From positions 525,622-557,621 of the forward strand of contig CP113000.1 in the NCBI GenBank assembly GCA_026625185.1: 32,000 nucleotides of DNA, written 5' to 3'. The notes beneath the pieces are model-generated. The model saw only the letters and a program-made list of their open reading frames with translations. It had not been told where the DNA came from and searched no databases. This DNA is from Thermodesulfobacteriota bacterium. Its GTDB lineage: Bacteria > Desulfobacterota > WTBG01 > JAGOGO01. Numbering within the stretch: the stretch's first letter is position 1; every line of letters starts with the position of its first letter. Below, one piece after another: positions 1 through 7,766 of the stretch. A program made the translations under genes and the position numbers.

Positions 1-332
1 TTGTCTGGGGTTATTGTTTGGTTATTTCGGGTTTTTGTCGGCCACGCCTCCTAACCAATCACTCCGGAATTAGGGATGGGAAATGCGTTGAAGGTTCGTT
101 CTCCGCTTGCACCCGATGAACCGGTGACGCTAATGCCTCAAAAAAGCTGTGGGAGCACGTCAAGTGCGCCGGGATAAACCAGCATGGACTATGGAATGAG
201 GAGGGAAAAGTGATAGGATTGGACAACGTGCCCAACCTTATGCTACAATAACTTTTAATGAGAATAAAACGATCGAGATAAAATTAATGGTATTGATTCA
301 GCTTCGCTTCTCGTTCGGCAGAAGGAAAAATA

Positions 333-485
333 ATGATAGAAATTCGCAAAGAACAACCTGATGAGGATATTCCTGTTATTCGGGTTATCAATGAACGAGA
401 TTTCAGACAGCCGCCCAAAACCAAACCGTTAGGCGACCCAGCATCCAAATCGAGAACACTCGGTCCCATTCTTTGTCGGACATGA
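333..485 (+). pseudogene. possible remnant of a GNAT-family N-acetyltransferase (N-terminal ~26 codons only)
   Basis: ATG at 333 is preceded by GAAGGA. The first ~26 codons (MIEIRKEQPDEDIPVIRVINERDFRQ) resemble the usual GNAT N-terminus (MIxIRxxxxxDxxxIxxIxxxAF). Similarity then stops and a stop codon follows at codon 51. This is a motif match from memory only. The antisense ORF 284-571 looks like noise. Confidence 0.25.
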
Positions 486-562
486 CGGAGGCGGTCATTA
501 GTGCAACCGTCTCTTTGCGTTAATTGACCACGGGGTAACATAGAAAGAAAAAAAGTGATTTC

Positions 563-2839
563 ATGGAACACGGCTCAACCAATTCAACAATTAATCGCAT
601 TGGGTTCATCGGCAACTACCTGCCGCGCCAGTGCGGCATCGCCACATTTACCACCGACTTATGTGAGGCCATAGCCGCCGAATTTGACGGCACAACGTGC
701 ATTGCCCTGCCCGTCAACGACCTCGATGCCGGCTATGCCTACCCGGCCCGCGTGCGCTTTGAACTGACGGAAAAGGATGTTGACTCCTACCGCCGCGCCG
801 CCGACTTCCTGAATATCAACAGCGTGGACCTGGTCTGCCTGCAACACGAATACGGCATTTATGGCGGACGGGCGGGCAGCCACATCCTGGCTCTCCTACG
901 TGAACTGCGCATGCCGATCGTTACGACTTTTCACACCATTCTGCATGATCCCGACCCCGATCAGCAACGGGTGCTGGAAGAAGTCGCAGCCCTGTCCGAC
1001 CGGTTGGTGGTCATGAGTGAGCGCGGCAGGGAATTCTTAGAAAAAGTTTATGGAATCCAGCCGGAGAAAATTGATTTTATCCCCCACGGCATCCCTGATG
1101 TGCCGTTTATGGACCCGAGTTTTCACAAAGACCTTTTTGGCGTCGAGGGCAAAACCGTCTTACTCAGTTTTGGTTTGCTCTCAGCGAACAAAGGGGTCGA
1201 AACGGTTATTGCCGCTCTGCCCGCCATTTTGGCCCGCCATCCGAACGTGGTCTACATCATCCTCGGCGCCACCCATCCTCAAGTCGTGCGGAACGAAGGC
1301 GAAACCTATCGGCTGTCTCTGCAATGGCTGGCCCATGAGAAAGGTGTGGAAGGTCAGGTGATTTTTTATAACCGCTTTGTCAGTTTGGAAGAACTGGTCG
1401 AGTTTATCGGCGCGGCGGATATTTACATCACCCCTTATCTCAACGAGGTCCAGATCACCTCGGGTACTCTGGCCTATACCCTGGGGGCGGGCAAGGCCGT
1501 GATTTCGACACCCTACTGGTATGCGGAAGAAATGCTGGCCGAAGAACGGGGAGCGCTGGTTCCCTTCCGCGACCCAGCGGCATTGGCTGAGCAAGTGATT
1601 GACCTGTTGGACAACGAGGCCAAACGCCACGCCATGCGCAAACGGGCGTATCTGTTCGGGCGAGCGATGGTCTGGCCTATCGTGGCCCGAAGCTACATGG
1701 AGAGTTTTAAACGCGCCCGGGACGAACGCCGTCATTTCACCCCGTCGGGCTTCGCCGTCAAACCGCTTGATAAACGTCCTAGTGAACTCCCCCCTCTCAA
1801 ACTCGATCATTTACACCTCATGACGGACGACACCGGCATGTTGCAACATGCCAGTTTCACGATACCCAACTATCGGGAGGGTTACAGCATCGACGACAAC
1901 GCCCGCGCCCTGATCGTGAGCACTCACCTTGAAGAACTGGGCAGCGGCGAGGCATTTAAACTGGCTTCTCGTTATCTCGCTTTCATCGGGTATGCCTTCA
2001 ATACTGAAACCGGGCGATTTCGTAACTTTATGGATTATCAGCGTAATTGGCTGGAAGAGAGCGGCTCCGATGACAGCCATGGGCGCGCGTTGTGGTCCTT
2101 GGGCACCGTCCTGGGCCGCTCTAACACGTCGGCCCTCCAGAGTATGGCCGGTTGGGTTTTCGAACAGGCATTGCCTGCCATTCTCAAGACCACCAGCCCC
2201 CGGGCCTGGGCCTTCGCCCTCATAGGTATCCATGAATATCTCAGGCGTTTTGAAGGGGACCGCAGGGCCAACCAGGTTCGGGATGAATTGGCCGGGCGAT
2301 TACTCACCTTATATAAAAACTGCTGTTCGAATGGATGGTGTTGGTATGAGACCGGGTTGACTTATTGCAATGCCGTTTTGCCGCAGGCCATGCTTATGTG
2401 CGGCCAATGGATCCCGGATAAGGCCATGACCGAAGCCGGACTGGAGTCGCTCCAATGGCTGGCCGACCTGCAGCGGGCCAACGCGGCCGGGGGTCATTTT
2501 GTCCCTATCGGCTCCAATGGCTTTTATCAGCGCGGCGGTGAGCAGGCCCGGTTCGATCAACAGCCGGTCGAGGCGCAAACCATGGCTTCCGCCTGTCTCG
2601 AAGCCTTTCGGAGTACCGGAGACGAACGCTGGCGCAAGGAGGCCCGCCGCGCCTTCGACTGGTTCCTCGGGCGCAACGACTTGAACCTCCCTCTTTACGA
2701 CCCGACAACGGGGGGTTGCCGGGACGGCCTCCATCCAGACCGCCCTAATGAAAATCAAGGCGCGGAGTCGACGCTGGCCTTTCTTCAAACCTTATTGGAA
2801 CTGCGTTTGGCTGAGAACACGCTTCAGCCTAGCGCTTAA
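563..2839 (+). CDS. two-domain glycosyltransferase: N-terminal GT4-type (GT-B fold) glycosyltransferase fused to a ~350-aa C-terminal helical, alpha/alpha-toroid-like domain
   Basis: 758-aa ORF ending 15 nt before the next gene. The N-terminal ~390 aa carry GT4-like hallmarks (IGFIGNYLPRQCGIATF, HEYGIYGG, SFGLLSANKG, ITPYLNEVQITSGTLAYTLGAGKAVISTP). Residues ~400-758 form a separate W/Y/A-rich helical region (DDNARAL, GRALWSLG, WAFALIG, NENQGAESTLAF). Its fold assignment is inference. Spot GC counts are 35/60 (661-720) and 37/60 (2581-2640), well above the rest of the window. Confidence 0.85.
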   Translation: MEHGSTNSTINRIGFIGNYLPRQCGIATFTTDLCEAIAAEFDGTTCIALPVNDLDAGYAYPARVRFELTEKDVDSYRRAADFLNINSVDLVCLQHEYGIYGGRAGSHILALLRELRMPIVTTFHTILHDPDPDQQRVLEEVAALSDRLVVMSERGREFLEKVYGIQPEKIDFIPHGIPDVPFMDPSFHKDLFGVEGKTVLLSFGLLSANKGVETVIAALPAILARHPNVVYIILGATHPQVVRNEGETYRLSLQWLAHEKGVEGQVIFYNRFVSLEELVEFIGAADIYITPYLNEVQITSGTLAYTLGAGKAVISTPYWYAEEMLAEERGALVPFRDPAALAEQVIDLLDNEAKRHAMRKRAYLFGRAMVWPIVARSYMESFKRARDERRHFTPSGFAVKPLDKRPSELPPLKLDHLHLMTDDTGMLQHASFTIPNYREGYSIDDNARALIVSTHLEELGSGEAFKLASRYLAFIGYAFNTETGRFRNFMDYQRNWLEESGSDDSHGRALWSLGTVLGRSNTSALQSMAGWVFEQALPAILKTTSPRAWAFALIGIHEYLRRFEGDRRANQVRDELAGRLLTLYKNCCSNGWCWYETGLTYCNAVLPQAMLMCGQWIPDKAMTEAGLESLQWLADLQRANAAGGHFVPIGSNGFYQRGGEQARFDQQPVEAQTMASACLEAFRSTGDERWRKEARRAFDWFLGRNDLNLPLYDPTTGGCRDGLHPDRPNENQGAESTLAFLQTLLELRLAENTLQPSA

Positions 2840-2854
2840 TATAAAGGACTGTCT

Positions 2855-4207
2855 ATGCGCATTGCGATGCTGTCACCGATTGCCTGGCGCACGCCACCGC
2901 GACATTACGGCCCCTGGGAAAGCGTGGTCTCTCTTTTGACCGAAGGGCTGGTCGCTCGCGGCTATGATGTTACCCTCTTTGCCACCGGTGATTCGGAAAC
3001 AAGCGGCAAGCTGCATGCCGTCTGCGCCCGGGGCTATGAAGAAGACCCCGCCATTCTGCCGAAAGTCTGGGAGTGCCTTCATATCTCGGAACTCTTTGAG
3101 CAGGCGAATGATTTTGATATTATTCATAATCATTTTGACTTTTTGCCCTTGACTTATAGCGGCCTTATTACCACCCCGTTCGTGACTACTATTCATGGCT
3201 TTTCATCGCCCAAGATTTTGCCTGTTTACAAAAAATATAACCACCAGGTATTTTATGTTTCCATCAGCGATGCCGACCGGTCTCCGGATCTTGAGTATAT
3301 CAAAACCATTCATCATGGAATAGATTTGAAACAGTTTGATTTTCAGCCCGACCCGGGCGATTATCTCCTCTTTTTCGGGCGCATTCACCCGGACAAGGGG
3401 GCCAGCGAGGCCCTTGAAATCGCCAGGGACTGCCATAAAAAGCTGATCATGGCCGGAATCATTCAGGACGAAGCCTACTATCACCAGTACGTCGAACCGC
3501 ACCTGAACGACCATAATGCGGTCTATGTCGGCAGCGTCGGGCCGGTTCAGCGAAACCAGCTGCTTGGAAAGGCATACGCGCTTCTGCACCCCATAAATTT
3601 CAATGAGCCTTTCGGCCTGTCCGTTGTAGAGTCTATGGCCTGCGGCACTCCCGTAATCGCCTTTGACCGGGGAAGCATGTCTGAACTGATCGAAGACGGC
3701 AAATCCGGTTTTCTCGTTTCCACTGTGGATGAGGCCATAAACACCGTGTACCGTATCAAAGATATTGATCGAGCCTGTTGTCGCCGTCGTGTTGAAGAGC
3801 ATTTCACAACTGACCGCATGGTTGAAGAATATATTCAGGTCTATGAAACGGTTCTTGAAAAAACGAAACGCGAAGAGCGCCGTCCCTGGGGCTATTATAA
3901 AATCCTGGCGGATGAGGATACTTACAAAAGCAAGGAAATAGTCGTTTTTCCGGACCGGCGCCTGAGCCTGCAGCGGCACCAGCGCCGGTCAGAACACTGG
4001 TATATCATTGACGGCCGGGCGCAGATAACTCTCGACGGTGAAACGATTGTACTTCTACCGGGGCAGTCCGTGGACATCCCCAAAGGCGCCCTGCACAGAA
4101 TCGCCAACCCGGGTTCTAAAAATGTGCGATTCATTGAAGTCCAAACCGGCGATTATTTCGGGGAGGATGATATTGAGCGTTTTGAGGATGATTTCGGAAG
4201 AGTCTGA
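2855..4207 (+). CDS. GT4-type glycosyltransferase fused to a C-terminal mannose-6-phosphate-isomerase type II (ManC C-terminal-like) cupin domain
   Basis: 450-aa ORF. Residues 1-~330 look like GT4 (MRIAMLSPIAW, FFGRIHPDKG, EPFGLSVVESMACGTPVIAF, GKSGFLV). Residues ~335-450 (RPWGYYKIL...LSLQRHQRRSEHWYIIDG...IPKGALHRIANPG...FIEVQTGDYFGEDDIERFEDDFGR) match the PMI/GMP cupin consensus (rPWG..., LSLQxHxxRxEHW, HRxxNPG, IEVQxGxYLgEDDIvRfeDxYGR) nearly motif for motif. Confidence 0.85.
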   Translation: MRIAMLSPIAWRTPPRHYGPWESVVSLLTEGLVARGYDVTLFATGDSETSGKLHAVCARGYEEDPAILPKVWECLHISELFEQANDFDIIHNHFDFLPLTYSGLITTPFVTTIHGFSSPKILPVYKKYNHQVFYVSISDADRSPDLEYIKTIHHGIDLKQFDFQPDPGDYLLFFGRIHPDKGASEALEIARDCHKKLIMAGIIQDEAYYHQYVEPHLNDHNAVYVGSVGPVQRNQLLGKAYALLHPINFNEPFGLSVVESMACGTPVIAFDRGSMSELIEDGKSGFLVSTVDEAINTVYRIKDIDRACCRRRVEEHFTTDRMVEEYIQVYETVLEKTKREERRPWGYYKILADEDTYKSKEIVVFPDRRLSLQRHQRRSEHWYIIDGRAQITLDGETIVLLPGQSVDIPKGALHRIANPGSKNVRFIEVQTGDYFGEDDIERFEDDFGRV

Positions 4208-4269
4208 AACATCTGCCGAGCTACCGGGCTGCAATAACAGCTTAAAATAATATTTGGTGACCTGTAATT

Positions 4270-5211
4270 ATGACTACTCAAGATCACATAGTAAAACGTT
4301 ATAAAAAAAATCCCATTCTCACAAAAGACGATGTCCCTTACCCTGTATCCACGGTCCACAATGCCGGCATCGTCAAGCACAACGGCCGCTACATTATGCT
4401 TTTCAGGTCGCACAGGCACAACGGTCGATCCATCATCGGCAGAGCCGACAGCGATGATGGTTTTTCCTTCACGGTTCATCCCGAACCCTTTCTCACACCG
4501 GCAAAGGACAACCTTTTTGCGGAATATGAAGAGTTCGGAGTCGAGGACCTTAGGATCTGTCCCGCAGAGGGCGACTACCTGCTCACCTACAGCGCGTATT
4601 CCCGTCACGGCGTTCGGATTGCCCTTGCGCGCACCAAGGATTTCAGAAAAGTTGAACGCGTTGCGCTTATAACCCAGGCCGACCATCGCAACGTCGTCAT
4701 TTTTCCCGTAAAGTTCGGTGGCCGGTATGCGCGTCTTGACCGGCCGCATTCCGAAATTTCACCTTGGTCTATCTGGATTTCTTATTCCCCCGACCTGGTT
4801 CACTGGGGCGATTCACGGGTGATTATGAAGCCGGTTCCTTATCACTGGGATGAAATGAAAATCGGGCCCGGCGCACCGCCCTTCAAAACCGACCAGGGCT
4901 GGCTGCATATTTATCATGGAGTGTTTAAGACTATGGCTGGTGCGGTGTATCGCCTTGGCGCGGCCCTGCTCGATCTTAATGATCCGGCAAAGATCGTCGG
5001 CGTTTCCGATCAGTGGATACTGCAGCCTGAAGCCCCCTGGGAGGTGAGCGGCTATGTGCCCAATGTTGTTTTTACATGCGGAGCTGTTCCTGAAGATGAC
5101 GGTACGGTAAAAATATACTGGGGCGGCGCGGATACGGTCATGTGCGTCGGCACGGCAGTGATTGATGACCTTATACAATTATGTCTTACAAATACCAGGC
5201 CGGCGCTGTAA
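4270..5211 (+). CDS. GH130-family glycoside phosphorylase/glycosidase (beta-mannoside phosphorylase-like; PH1107/TM1225 type)
   Basis: 313-aa ORF. It has a GH130-type beta-propeller signature: NPILT...NAGIVKHNGRYIMLFR, GVEDLRI (EDxR motif), DHRNVVIFP, RLDRP, KIGPGAPP, GWLHIYHGV, YRLGAALLDLNDP, GYVPNVVFTCG. Confidence 0.85.
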   Translation: MTTQDHIVKRYKKNPILTKDDVPYPVSTVHNAGIVKHNGRYIMLFRSHRHNGRSIIGRADSDDGFSFTVHPEPFLTPAKDNLFAEYEEFGVEDLRICPAEGDYLLTYSAYSRHGVRIALARTKDFRKVERVALITQADHRNVVIFPVKFGGRYARLDRPHSEISPWSIWISYSPDLVHWGDSRVIMKPVPYHWDEMKIGPGAPPFKTDQGWLHIYHGVFKTMAGAVYRLGAALLDLNDPAKIVGVSDQWILQPEAPWEVSGYVPNVVFTCGAVPEDDGTVKIYWGGADTVMCVGTAVIDDLIQLCLTNTRPAL

Positions 5212-5263
5212 AAAAGGCAACGGTACATTTTAAATTAGTTCATTTATAAAGGGACTTTATCTG

Positions 5264-6742
5264 ATGACAGAAAAAATACTATCGCATCCAAAAATTAAAC
5301 GTAAAAAGAAAATAATCCTGGGTGATACCTCACGCGTTATAACGCGCCCCCATATTCCCCTCGACGCGCATCGCATACCCAAAATCATTCAACGCGTAGT
5401 GGACTTGCCCGACACCACGGCCGAAAATCTTCTTTCACAAATAATGCTTGATTTTTCGGAGCGGCACAAAGACATTAGACGCGTTTTTGGGCTTCACCTG
5501 AATGAGGTAAAAGATTATGTTCCTCGGGATACCGTGCTCAGCGAGACCAAAAGGGCTCTTATCGGTGCCTATTTTACCATGGAGTACTCCATTGAATCGG
5601 CTGCCCTTTTTAACCCTTCAATCGTCCCACACCCTGATCAAAGCCATCTGAAGAAAGACAGCTTGCGCTTTATCATGAGCCTGCGGGCAATCGGCGAAGG
5701 CCATGTTTCCTCTATTGTATTTCGCAGCGGCGTCCTTGACCGGCACAATACGTTTATCTTCGGCCCGACCAGCGATTATGTCGAAAGGCCTGATCTCCAT
5801 TTAGACGCGGTTTACGACCGGCATCTCTTCCAACTGAAGCTTAACGAAATGACGGCCTGCAATGAGGTAACAACTCATATTCTTAATCAGTTGCCGGAAA
5901 ATTTTACCTATAATGAATTAAAAGAAAAAAATGAAGCGCTTAGCTCACACCCCCTTTTCCCTGAGGCGCGTCAAAACGAAACCTTCGAAACCATGTACTG
6001 GCTTGCCAATTCCAATTATGAGATGAGTTTCCGAACCGATCATAGAATATCCGAACGGGTTATCTTTCCGGTTTCTGAAAATGAAAGCAGAGGCATTGAA
6101 GACGCCCGGTTCGTGCAATTTTTTGATGACAACGGTGAGGTTACCTATTATGCGACCTATACGGCTTATAACGGCTTTAGAATCCTGCCGCAGCTGATTG
6201 AAACAAAGGATTTTATCAAATTTAAGATAATGACCCTCAACGGCAAAGTAGTACAAAACAAGGGCATGGCTCTTTTCCCGCGTAAAATCGACGGCAACTA
6301 CGTTATGCTTTCGCGCCAGGACGGTGAAAACAATCATATAATGTTTTCAGACAATATCCATTTCTGGCAGGAGTCCGAAATCATCCAGGAGCCAAGATAT
6401 CCCTGGGAATTCATTCAGATCGGCAACTGCGGCTCCCCCCTGGAAACCGATAAAGGCTGGATCGTACTCACCCACGGTGTCGGGCCCATGCGTCAGTATT
6501 GCATTGGCGCCATGCTGCTTGATCTTGAAAACCCGGCCAGAATCATCGCCCGCCTGGAAGAGCCGTTACTTACTCCGCAGAAGGAAGAGCGCGAGGGGTA
6601 TGTCCCTAATGTCGTTTATACCTGCGGCGCGATTTTCCATAATAGCGACTTGGTCATTCCCTATGGCATGTCTGATATTGCATGCGGCATTGCAACTGTT
6701 AAGGTAAGTGAATTAATTAACTGCATGCAACCGGTGGCTTGA
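5264..6742 (+). CDS. GH130-like beta-propeller protein with a ~260-aa N-terminal extension of unknown function
   Basis: 492-aa ORF. The C-terminal ~230 aa parallel the preceding gene (GIEDARFVQF, NKGMALFPRKI, GNCGSPLETDKGWIVLTHGVG, YCIGAMLLDLENP, GYVPNVVYTCG). I recognise no family in the N-terminal ~260 aa. Confidence 0.75.
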   Translation: MTEKILSHPKIKRKKKIILGDTSRVITRPHIPLDAHRIPKIIQRVVDLPDTTAENLLSQIMLDFSERHKDIRRVFGLHLNEVKDYVPRDTVLSETKRALIGAYFTMEYSIESAALFNPSIVPHPDQSHLKKDSLRFIMSLRAIGEGHVSSIVFRSGVLDRHNTFIFGPTSDYVERPDLHLDAVYDRHLFQLKLNEMTACNEVTTHILNQLPENFTYNELKEKNEALSSHPLFPEARQNETFETMYWLANSNYEMSFRTDHRISERVIFPVSENESRGIEDARFVQFFDDNGEVTYYATYTAYNGFRILPQLIETKDFIKFKIMTLNGKVVQNKGMALFPRKIDGNYVMLSRQDGENNHIMFSDNIHFWQESEIIQEPRYPWEFIQIGNCGSPLETDKGWIVLTHGVGPMRQYCIGAMLLDLENPARIIARLEEPLLTPQKEEREGYVPNVVYTCGAIFHNSDLVIPYGMSDIACGIATVKVSELINCMQPVA

Positions 6743-7031
6743 TGATCCTGGGATGCGTTCATGATGCGGCGTGACATTGCCCTCAGTCTTGGTTTGGAGT
6801 GCCGCCGCTTTGACATAGAGGCTGAAATCACCGCCAAATTACTGCGGGCATTGTTGAAATACTGGAGATGGAAGCCACCCGCACAATAATACTTTTGAGT
6901 GAATTTGACGACGCGATGTAGATACCGACAAAATATTAAACGAGATTGATTTCCCTCGCCAGGACCTGACTTTGGTGTTATTTAAAACGGCGATACCGTG
7001 CAACCGTTGACCCATAACAGTAATAAAAGGC

Positions 7032-7067
7032 AAAAAAAATCCCCACAAGGAAGCGGGGATTTTTTTC
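7032..7067. terminator. bidirectional rho-independent terminator-like hairpin
   Basis: The sequence is AAAAAAAATCCCC-acaaggaagc-GGGGATTTTTTT. A 6-bp ATCCCC/GGGGAT stem is flanked by an A-run on the left and a T-run on the right, so it reads as stem plus U-tract on either strand. It lies 28 nt past the stop of the minus-strand sORF and is the first terminator-like structure after the plus-strand glycan operon. Confidence 0.55.
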
Positions 7068-7094
7068 TTCTTAAGGAGCAGTTTTGTGTCATGC

Positions 7095-7175
7095 TCAGGA
7101 CTGAATACAGCAGCCCCCTTCAGAACAACAGGAACAATGGGCTACCCGACGTAACATGAATCTTTTTCTTTGCAT
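7095..7175 (-). CDS. unannotated 26-aa basic/Cys-rich small ORF (MQRKRFMLRRVAHCSCCSEGGCCIQS)
   Basis: It falls below the ORF-track size cutoff. The minus strand reads AAAGGAGGTGAACTTT-ATG, a consensus Shine-Dalgarno with ~8-nt spacing. The ORF is 26 codons and ends in TGA. It sits between the zinc-ribbon gene (stop at 7277) and the terminator at 7032-7067, with no terminator upstream of it. Confidence 0.4.
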   Translation of the reverse strand: MQRKRFMLRRVAHCSCCSEGGCCIQS

Positions 7176-7276
7176 AAAGTTCACCTCCTTTCCCCCTTTG
7201 GCCTCCAACAAAATATTATTTCAGATAAGGCTGGGTTTTAAAAAGTCAAGACCCTCCTGGAAAAAGCGAAACCCCT

Positions 7277-7657
7277 TTAATCTTTTTTAAATAACTCCCT
7301 TATCGCCTGAGACTGTTGATATTTTTTTAACGATTTTTGGTATTCAAGCCACGCCTGCCACATCTCTTTCCATTCCTGGTTGTGCCAGGGTATGTTTTTC
7401 GTTTCGAGACCGGTTATTGAACGCTTATACTCTTCATATTCCTCAGCGCAGGTGGGGCATAAATTAAAAGGGAGATCAGAACAAAAAGTACAAAAAGTGG
7501 GGGCAGTCACCATGACCCCACACCGGGAACACCTCAGCCGGCAAGAAGAACAAAGGATTATCTTCTGCACTGTTTCAATCTGAAGCTTTTGATCTTCCTC
7601 CAGTTTTTTCTGCTTTTCTAATTCAATATGATTTTGGATATTGATTACTTTAGACAT
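7277..7657 (-). CDS. hypothetical coiled-coil protein with four CxxC motifs (double zinc-ribbon-like)
   Basis: 126-aa ORF. It carries CSSC-x3-CSRC-x9-CTFC-x7-CPTC, flanked by K/E/Q-rich helical segments. I recognise no family. Confidence 0.65.
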   Translation of the reverse strand: MSKVINIQNHIELEKQKKLEEDQKLQIETVQKIILCSSCRLRCSRCGVMVTAPTFCTFCSDLPFNLCPTCAEEYEEYKRSITGLETKNIPWHNQEWKEMWQAWLEYQKSLKKYQQSQAIRELFKKD

Positions 7658-7733
7658 TTTTCAAAACACTCTTTTAAAAGGCATAAGGATTCAGAATAAA
7701 AACCTCTGCACTTTTATAGTGGAAATTGTTTTT

Positions 7734-7762
7734 ATTTTATCAGAAAAAAAATGAATCGTCAA
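7734..7762 (-). promoter_or_regulatory. sigma70-like promoter: TTGACG, 17-nt spacer, TAAAAT
   Basis: The minus strand reads TTGACG (7762-7757), attcattttttttctga (17 nt), TAAAAT (7739-7734), about 75 nt upstream of the ATG at 7657. The -35 hexamer lies in a flank that resembles the right terminus of the adjacent repeat. Confidence 0.45.
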
Positions 7763-7766
7763 ATTT

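Noticed and set aside
659-2788. Numerous long antisense or alternative-frame ORFs inside the first glycosyltransferase gene (for example 1181-1810, 1811-2233 and 2309-2788 on the minus strand)
   Set aside because: They lie entirely within a 758-aa ORF with clear GT4 motifs. High GC suppresses stop codons in the other frames. Their translations are low-complexity R/G/P/A-rich with no recognisable motifs.
6761-6889. 42-aa ORF (MMRRDIALSLGLECRRFDIEAEITAKLLRALLKYWRWKPPAQ) downstream of the glycan operon
   Set aside because: It has no Shine-Dalgarno sequence and no family recognised. The surrounding 290 nt show broken reading frames. It may be a decayed fragment, but I cannot support a call.
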